Source: Octopus sinensis (lineage: Eukaryota). Taken from it: DNA of 64,000 bases. Below are positions 55,364 through 64,000 of this stretch, piece after piece; the stretch's first letter is position 1; every line of letters begins with the position of its first letter. Under the pieces are notes generated by a model. It searched no databases and had not been told where the DNA came from. It saw nothing but the letters and a program-made list of their open reading frames with translations. The stretch is from positions 46,748,001-46,812,000 of the forward strand of contig NC_043008.1 of the NCBI RefSeq assembly GCF_006345805.1, in the 5' to 3' direction. Made by a program: the position numbers and the translations under genes.

Positions 55364-58124
55364 CTTTCCAATTTTTGTCACAAAACGCACAATTTCGGTG
55401 GAATCGCTTAAGTAACTTACATGGACTCCGGTGTTCAACTTATTTTATTGTTCCTTATTTTATTGACTTATTTTATTGACATTAACACAATGTCATGCAA
55501 CCCTCTCTCGTCGTTTAATTGTTAAGGACATCCCTATTTTGCCCTTTGTACTACTCCTCACATTCGGGGCTTGTAATTACATAGATTAGGTTTTCGGGTG
55601 CACAGATTTAATTACATTTTATTTTGAAGAGTTCCCAATTTTAAAACGACCCTGAAATTATTCTCACAAATTTACACAGCAAACTTGATATTGCCCTGCA
55701 TTTTCTTTTTTAACTGTTCCTCCTGTTGTTATTCTCTGAGGATCGGTTTTAATAATCTTTTAATTGATTTTGGTTGTCTCCAGCTTGGTATCGTTGCTAT
55801 GTACCTAAAGGACTTGTATCATCATCTTTTCCGTGTTTTAGTGTCTTTATGTTTTAAAAGACGATGCTGTTGAACCAAATTGTTACAGAATTATAGGAGG
55901 ATATGAAAGGTAAAATTTTCCATTCCAATATATTTCTTTGCTTTGTTTATTTAGGGCCTGGCTATCATGGCTTGATGTAAGGACGGAATGTAGCCTGGAA
56001 TACATGAAGGATATTTGTATCGAATACCCCTCTGCAGATCCTTTTGGTTAACTTATAAAGAAAATTTACGTTGGTGTGACACGGATGGCACAATTTGAAA
56101 GTCTGATATTTTGCGTTGAGGAACTTGAACACAAAGCTATGAAATATGATGATATATGTTGCAAATTATGAAAAATTGTCATAAAATATATGTTACTGAT
56201 ATCACAAATTGTTTTAGTAACGTCGGAATAAAGTGATATATTGTTGACATAAATTTATTAATTTTCCACAATACATACGAAACATTGTGTTCTGTAATGT
56301 TTAAATGTTAATTATGCATAGAGTTGTAACAGATCGTAACAAAACAGCTAATTCTGGACGTTGCTAATACAGAGTTAGCGTTCCGGTTTGGTAGTTGCTG
56401 CCCGTTTAAGATGGAATTTGTATTGTCTTCCGATTTTAACTAATTTTCTTGTGATTTTTATGCACTGAGAAATGAAAATCTACAAGCATGCGAAACAAAT
56501 TGTCATTTATGGCATTGTACCATAAAATCTATCAAATTTAGTATTCATCCATTGTTTCTAGATGTCTGTCAAATTGTAATTACCCACCTGATTAAGGTCA
56601 TATGAATACGTGTGTGTTTTGTGTGTCTGTTTCTCCCACCACTACCGCTTGACAGCTGGAGTTGGCGTGTTTATATCCACATAACTTAGCAGATAAGCAA
56701 GTGAGGCACACACACAAACACACGTGTGTATGCATGCACACTATCAGAGGATGCTTAATATGTACATAGAATTTGTGCTCACGTGGAATTTGTGCAAAAT
56801 CTCCGGCTTTAAATGCTGCCTAAATGATAACTGGCTGCAAGCATTTCCCAGTCATTAATTGTGACACTATTCACCTCCCTGGCAAATATGTCATATATTA
56901 ATACTAGAGACTTCCTTTCTCTCTCATCTCATCCTGGTGTTAATATGGTTACACAGCAATTATTAAAGTCTTTCCACATTTGAAACTTTTACCCTCTGCT
57001 ATACATATACTGTTGTAGCTATTTCTCTTTTTCTACACATATTATTAGAATATCTCAAATCGCTCTTCACGTAAACTACACCCGGACCAAAGCAAAGCTC
57101 TGATCACGCAGTGTTGTAGAGGTCAGCTGCCCAGCGGATGAGAATGTACAATGAAAACTCCAGGAAAAAAGGGAACGTTTAAGCGAATTAATGCGGCATT
57201 TCTGGTAGAGTGACATTTGTAAGACATTCCAAATGTTCTCCATCCGAAATGTTTGTGGGAATAGATGTCCACACTTGGGAATATGCCTGGACAATTCAGA
57301 CAACACACCAACTCAATCAGATATTTACAAATACCGGGAATTCGTAAACACTTGTCGCTTGAACTCAAGAACTGGAGTGAAACAAAAATCATAGATGCAT
57401 ACATGCACACATAACATAAAGGGAATGTCTATGATCCATTTATAAGGAGTTCGCAAATCCAGAACCCAACCTACACTTTCAGCTTCATACTCATTATCAT
57501 TGGAGTAACAAGATAGAAAAAAATCCGCCTGGAGCAAATAATGGCTGACCTTGGTATCTATATCATAACATAGGAAAAAAGAATTTTATTTAATACGCAC
57601 ACACTAAAACACAATTCAAGAGAGACAACCTCATAGTGTTGCATAAGTGTTACAATTTGTAATAAAGTCAGTAAAAAGGAATAAATTCTGAAAAAAAAGG
57701 AAAACAAGTAAATAAGAAAATAAAAACATCAATTCCGCACCAAGTGCCTCAATTAGCCGCCCACCACAAAGTTGAACGGAATCTACTGAGGCAAGCCATC
57801 TCGCTCGCAGCATCACCACGGCTAAAACATCCTCACGCGCATCACCTGATAGGCGAGCTACCAACGGTGATGAGAACTTCGCCGTTAGCGGCTCGGCCAA
57901 TATAAACGTCTCATATTTCACAGGCTGGTGGTGGAAAGCTTGCAAATCCTTAATTCATACACTACTATTGATCTCGATATCTAAAACTATAAAAGTCTAC
58001 AAGACCATCTTAAGATTTGAAGGATGACGGTTAAAACAAGATAGGTACCTTCACCAGCTTGCTACCAAGTAAGTGGCCGATCAAAATTTACTTGAAATTG
58101 AAAAGACAAAGAGAATATCATGTA

Positions 58125-58362
58125 TGCATATATACATAAACACATACATAGATGCACATATATATATATACACATATATATGCACATGTATATATCCACA
58201 CTTTCGTACATACATACATACACACATACATACATACATACATAAAAACACGACGGGCTTCTTCTTAGTTTCCATCTACCGAATCCGCTCTGAAGACTTT
58301 GGTGAACCAGGATCTACTTTTGAAGATATTTCTCCAAAGTGGCACTGAACCCGGAAGCATGT
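58125..58362 (-). mobile_element. Partial SINE family 2 with its (TA/CA)n tract
   Basis: acgacgggcttcttcttagtttccatctacc...ggcactgaacccggaagcatgt. Confidence 0.65.
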
Positions 58363-58757
58363 AAGTTTTACCTGGCATATGAAAAGTTACGTTTGACGTA
58401 TACATTTGCCACCATGTGAAATATAAAAAAAAACACTATTTATTACCTCAAATTAAAAACAAGATATAGGCGCATGTACATGGGTGTGGGGCGCGCATGT
58501 GTATGCATGGACATACGCGCTTCCGCGATTACTATGTACATTTTTACTCCCTTACCTTTACTCCCTCCCCTTACTTAGCAGTCATTCTAATAGCTCTTTT
58601 GACTTAATAACAGTCAATCACACAGTAATTTCCCTTTGTTTTAACGGTCAATTTCATAGCAGTTTTTTGTATGGTCCGATTCCTGAAGAGATGCCGGCGT
58701 GGGTTTCCGCCCCGACATCCGAAACTCGGAATTTTATCATGGCTACTGAGTAATTAT

Positions 58758-58788
<31 letters not shown>

Positions 58789-59629
58789 GTATAGTTTGTT
58801 TGTGCTTGCGTGCACGTGCATCTGTGTGATCTTCACGTTATCCATAAACAAATTAATCATTTTTATATTTTCTCCTAATACCTAAAGCGTATATATAAGT
58901 GAGGGGGGTCTTACACCACTTTGATAATACTGGTCTTCGTCTGCATAGAATGTATAACTCGTGTTCCACATCTTTTATAAATTATACATTCTATTCTACA
59001 CCTATGACTTTTCCCATCTACTTTCACTTTTCTCGAGATCACTTTACCAACAAAATCCATTTACATGAATAAGTGCATGGTTATCTAATTACTTAATACG
59101 AAATAAAATCTACCATCTGTATTTTACACAACTAATAATACACACACATATATATATATATATACATACATATATACATATACACGCACATACACATGCG
59201 CGCGCAATTATTCTGCGATAGCAATTTTCTTTTTAACTTAATAATTACAGACTTTAATTCGGTGAAGTTTCACGATATTAGTGCCAACATCAACGATTCG
59301 CTTTCATTTCTTTTCACCATTTTTAAATATTTTTCTCTTTCTCTGCGGCATAATCTACAAAAATTAATAAATTGCCATCAACAGTAATTTCTGTAACAAG
59401 TGTTGTACATGGAAATTATTATTAAATTCGTTGTGGGCGGTATAATTAACTTAATTATATAAAATTCTTGCTTAGTCATCCTTTAGTTAATTCTGCGAAT
59501 CCGTGTAAATTCAAACTTCCAGCTACACCTGCGAGAATAACCCACATATTACACACACACACGCACTTGCCGCGCGCGCGCATATTTATATGTATGTGTG
59601 CGAATGGAAGTAATTTCTATGTATACATT

Positions 59630-59660
<31 letters not shown>

Positions 59661-60476
59661 ATACATATACATAATACGTGTATAAATATAAGTGTGTTTG
59701 CATGTGTGTGTGCGTGTGTGTGTGTGTGTGTAACCGCCGTTAAATTCTAATGGAATATGCTATTTCTTCACTAAAGCCCGATTTTGCTGTGTTGTAACAT
59801 GTGTTCTCTAATTTGCCAATTAATGCAAATATATTTGGTTTCAATAGAAATTATTAAACACATATCAACATATAATTATAATGATAAACAAGCCTGCTTA
59901 TTTATATTAAGTATGGCTTCTTACTCTGTCGATGCTCTGGCCTCTGTTGTGATGTATTTCACAGTAATCGCTAATAGGAATAATGAACTGCCATTTTTTT
60001 TCTTTTTATTCCTATTTTTGACGACTTAAATCACATGAAAATGTCAATCCCTGAATATGAACGCTTAACAGTGATTACTGCTGAAGCAGGTCACCCGAGG
60101 TGATACAGATACTCAGCTGCAAGTACCCTTTATTGGTGTTATAATTAATAATATCATGTTTCGATAAATAATACTTACTCGTTTTATAATTGCCTTTCTG
60201 TCACTCCCTGCTGCCGTTAATAATTAATGCTTTAGGAAATACGCGAGTGGGGTGTGCGTATGTGCCTGTGTGAGTGTGCGTGTGTATGCGTTCGTGCGTG
60301 GCTGTGCGTGTATGTGCGTGTGTAGTACCTAGGCAGAATCAATGATAGGATTGATCAAATTCCAAAAACTATTTTGATGTTCCATTTAACATTTTAGCTC
60401 CGATCTCGAAAGAACAATCTTTTCCCGTAATGTTCCTTGTCGCTGTTTTAGGTGGCCAGGAAGAGGTTCAGTTAAT

Positions 60477-61025
60477 ACACACATACATACATACATACAT
60501 TTGTACATACATACATGCATGCATGAATGAATGCATACATACATACATGCGTACAAGCCTACATACATACATGCTTACATACATGTATGCGTGCATGTAT
60601 GCATATATACATGCATGCATGCATACCTATGTACATACATGCATACATACATACATGAAGGAAAATCTGGATAAACTGGGATTTTCAGGAAGAGAGATTG
60701 ACCGGCTGATTTGTACATTGTAAGTGCAATCTGTGGGTGGAAGCGTGCAAATGCGCAAGACCTTCTCACGTTCCAAATGTGAATTTGTCCGTATTAACAA
60801 CATTCACAAAGATGGAGCTTTGCATCTTTGTCGGAAACCGGCTCCGTCCTCAGTAAAAGATTTATAATAGTTAAGAAATGGAAGCGAAATACACACATAC
60901 ATACATATATAGGTGCCTACATATATACATACATGTATGCATACATATATACAGACGTACATGTATGCATGCATACATACGTATATGCGTGCATGCATGA
61001 TTGCATACATACATGCAGACATACA
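60477..61025. repeat. Two (ATAC)n/(ATGC) alternating purine-pyrimidine tracts
   Basis: 60477-60657 and about 60885-61025, seen directly. Confidence 0.9.
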
Positions 61026-61276
61026 TAACCTCTACCTAACCCTGTGATAGAATTTTCGACCACATTCACTTGAATATCTACTCAGCTTATTAAAGAAAGG
61101 CAAATACGAGTTGGAGAATGTGCGAAGGTATGTCTTGACCAGAAACGCCTTATCATACAAGTCTGTTGGGAGAAAGTTTAATTGAGAGGCCGAACATCAA
61201 CTAGAAATTGTAACCAAGAAAAATATTCGATGTCGTACACACTCAGACCAAAGTAATTAACATCTATGGCTAGAAT

Positions 61277-61493
61277 TGGTTTCTAATTTTGGACCAAGTG
61301 CAGCAGTTTGGGGGGAGGTAGTAAGTCGGTCATATCGACCCTAGTGAAAACTGGTACTTAATTCATCAACCCCGAAAGGATGAAAAGCAGAATTCGACCT
61401 GCACATAATTTTAAATAGAAAGTAAAGAAAGACTGTGGAAAATGCCACTAAGCATTTCGTATGGTGTAGGAACGATTCTGCCAGTTCGCCGCC
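61277..61493 (-). mobile_element. SINE family 1 copy
   Basis: ccccgaaaggatgaaa core; ends gattctgccagttcgccgcc (reverse complement of the head at 50951). Confidence 0.8.
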
Positions 61494-64000
61494 TTACGTG
61501 ATGTTAATTTTAATCTTCGAATGCTTGTCGCCTTCGTATATTATACTAAATTTGTAGAGAATTACTTGTGCTTATTATAATTCCAAGAACTAAGCATCTG
61601 AGAGACAGACTGACCGTAAAATTCCAGCTTTTGGTTATACTTTATTCTTGTATATATCCTGAGATGCAAAATGTTTATTCATCACTGGAAATGAGTATGA
61701 ATTCATCTATTGTTATTTCGAAAGTTCTTCTCTATACATTAGTGCGATCTTTAAGATAATATATTGTTTAAATTATGAAGTTCTGTTCTTTAACCCTACC
61801 TTTCCATATCATTGCAAGATAATCCATTACAGAAATCTTTAGTGATCTTTTGTACAAACCACTCAATTATTTTGCTTTAACATCTCTACGTTTCCAAATT
61901 AAATACACCCCTGTCAACCATGAATATAGTTATGTAATCAAGAAAATAGATTTAGTTGATTTGCTTGGATGTATCCGATCCATGTAGATAACGGCTTGCA
62001 GCTACACTGTGGAGAGTGATATAATCTTATAATTAGAGGTTTCCAGGTGAAGACGGCCTAAACTAAGAACTCGTAAGTAAATTGTTGGGTTAAAGCTTGC
62101 GGACGTTATCATTAATTTTAACCCCGTTAGGCACGCTGAAAATAATCTATCACACATTACAATTAGATTGAACTGAAGATCTCAATAACTTCGCGTCAGA
62201 GAACGTGTGTGTGTGGGTAAGTGTGATACTGGGGTTTATAACATTACTGCGAGAAAAATGTGAGAACAAAAATAAAATGTATATTGAATGTTCATGCGTT
62301 ATCACTTTAATTATATTTTGTTAATAAATATAATAGAGAACCAGGTGTTGATGGGAAAGTATTTATTTGGATGTTTGGCAAACACTCCTCAACGGTCGGA
62401 CGGGTTCGAGGTGAGTGGGGAGAATCGAAACCATTTTTTTCTGCACTCTTTCAATATGCGCTCATTGCTAACTTCCCCATCTATTTTGATCAGCTACGGT
62501 CGCTTATGGCTCAGATCCCACCAAGCTATAAAGGGTCCCAACACATGCATCCATCCTCCTTCACTCACTCTTCCTTAGCTTTTACCTCTTCCTGTTCTAA
62601 TTTCTGCTATAGCTTTCCACCTGCGTTCCTGCAAGCATATATTCAGTTTATTTATACCAATGAAGCCATGTACTAATTTTATATCGATTTAGATTCTAGC
62701 TGTTAGCATTTACATTTTATTTAAAACGTTCTGTACATTTTTATGCATCTGTCTCCCTTTCTTTCTCCTCGTCTAATGCATTAGCATAGCAAACAGAGGT
62801 TAACGCTATACACCCAGTAAAGCAAAATGCGATTAATATATGGCATTCGGTGAGATCACCAACATTCTCCGAGATATAGTGACAACATTAAACATTGAAA
62901 AAAAGGGGTGAAAAGGTGAGACTGCTATAGACTAATATACAAGGAGAAGTAAAAAGCAGTCGCAAAGTTGCATCAGAAATGATATTACACAAAGATCCAA
63001 TCATGTGACAAAGTAATGTTTTCTAAAATGAAGAACACTTAGAGACGAATGGAATGAGACTTGGTTCAGTTCTTCCGCCTTCACGACAGGATGTCTTTTT
63101 CATTCACTAATTTCAATATTCATTTTTTCGGGCACATTGTTAAGATGTGTGCGCGCGCATATGTGTATAAAGCAGGGAACAGAAAATAACGCCCATTCAC
63201 TGAGCTGTCGACTGATGTCATTACGAAACGTCCTGAGTTCTCTTAGTTGACTTCTTCATAGAGTTGGGTATCTTGGTGTCGATAAAGACCGCATGCCCCA
63301 CCCTGCCCAACTGCAGAATGTACCAATGCTGCAGGACCTCCTCGCTAGAGATATATTCTCCTTATACATGTTCCTTAAAAATGGTAGCTAGCACAACTGG
63401 AGGCATATTATCCTTTGGCTGTGCTGAATGATACATTAGGAAGGATTCAGCAGGACACAACAGACTGGCGCCTCTTACTGCTACATTTCCTTGATGAATC
63501 TCTGTTCCGTCACACCTACAACCGATAAGTGATTTTCCCCAATACGACCTCAGCAAAGATCTTACCGCGACCTCACTCAGTGTCTGATCTGGTGCCATAA
63601 GAAATCGCAATGCCCACACACACGGACTTCATTATAATAGCCAATTTGCCCTATTTACGCACGCGGTGGTTTGTGTCGCAATACTTCAGGTTTACATTGA
63701 TTGAAGGCTACGGTTTCGCATTTATTGATTTTGTCTGAAAGGTCTCGCCATTCATTAAAACTTCACAGATTTTCTGGATATCGTAAATAAATTAACCAAA
63801 AATATTGACTTATTCTTTAAGAGTTTTTACAATACAGCACTTCATAGAGGAGCTCAGTCTGGAGAGTTTCAACGAAGCAATATAAACTCCACCTGAGTGC
63901 TTGCAAAACATCCATGCTTTCACACTCAACACCAACAAATAACACACATTGCGTAATTGCATTGAAGCGAGCACAGAGTCTTGCTGTGTTCTTCGGGCGA

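Noticed and set aside
57070-57205. RKLHPD...FKRINAAF, resembling a DnaJ J-domain
   Set aside because: Spacing is about three times too long, there is an in-frame stop between the motifs, and no helix I/II upstream
60078-60120. ctgaagca...tcacc-cga-ggtga-tacag hammerhead-like text
   Set aside because: Two invariant core positions mismatch and there is no stem I or III
63200-63620. ctgatgtcattacgaaacgtc motif and weak Penelope-RT-like peptide (YYPLAVLNDTLGRI)
   Set aside because: Core A9 is missing, there is no stem II, and the protein similarity is too weak to call without a search

Overview
AT-rich, repeat-dense eukaryotic DNA. The SINE and microsatellite content resembles a coleoid cephalopod (Octopus-like) genome; this is recognition from memory, not a search result. 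I could not confidently identify any complete host protein-coding gene, rRNA, true tRNA or CRISPR array. Nearly all ORF-track entries are translated microsatellites or transposon fragments. Supported content: (i) seven fragments of R4/Dong-clade non-LTR retrotransposons (RT + CCHC + restriction-like endonuclease), most ending in (TAA)n and three stacked head-to-tail at 32.2-34.2 kb; (ii) a ~560-bp non-coding repeat family (5 copies or part copies) also abutting (TTA)n; (iii) a decayed CR1-like LINE, two decayed Tc1/mariner transposons and a Penelope-type GIY-YIG remnant; (iv) two tRNA-derived SINE families, some as inverted pairs; (v) several strong fold-backs. The most notable fold-back is a perfect 56-bp hairpin at 55.2 kb whose minus-strand arm folds as a minimal type I hammerhead ribozyme; there is also a ~560-bp fold-back at 51.8-52.4 kb. 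Scattered short segments with good splice signals suggest a possible minus-strand spliced gene (about 3-17 kb) and a possible plus-strand signal-peptide exon (30.8 kb), but these are low confidence. Coordinates were read by hand, and element boundaries are approximate.
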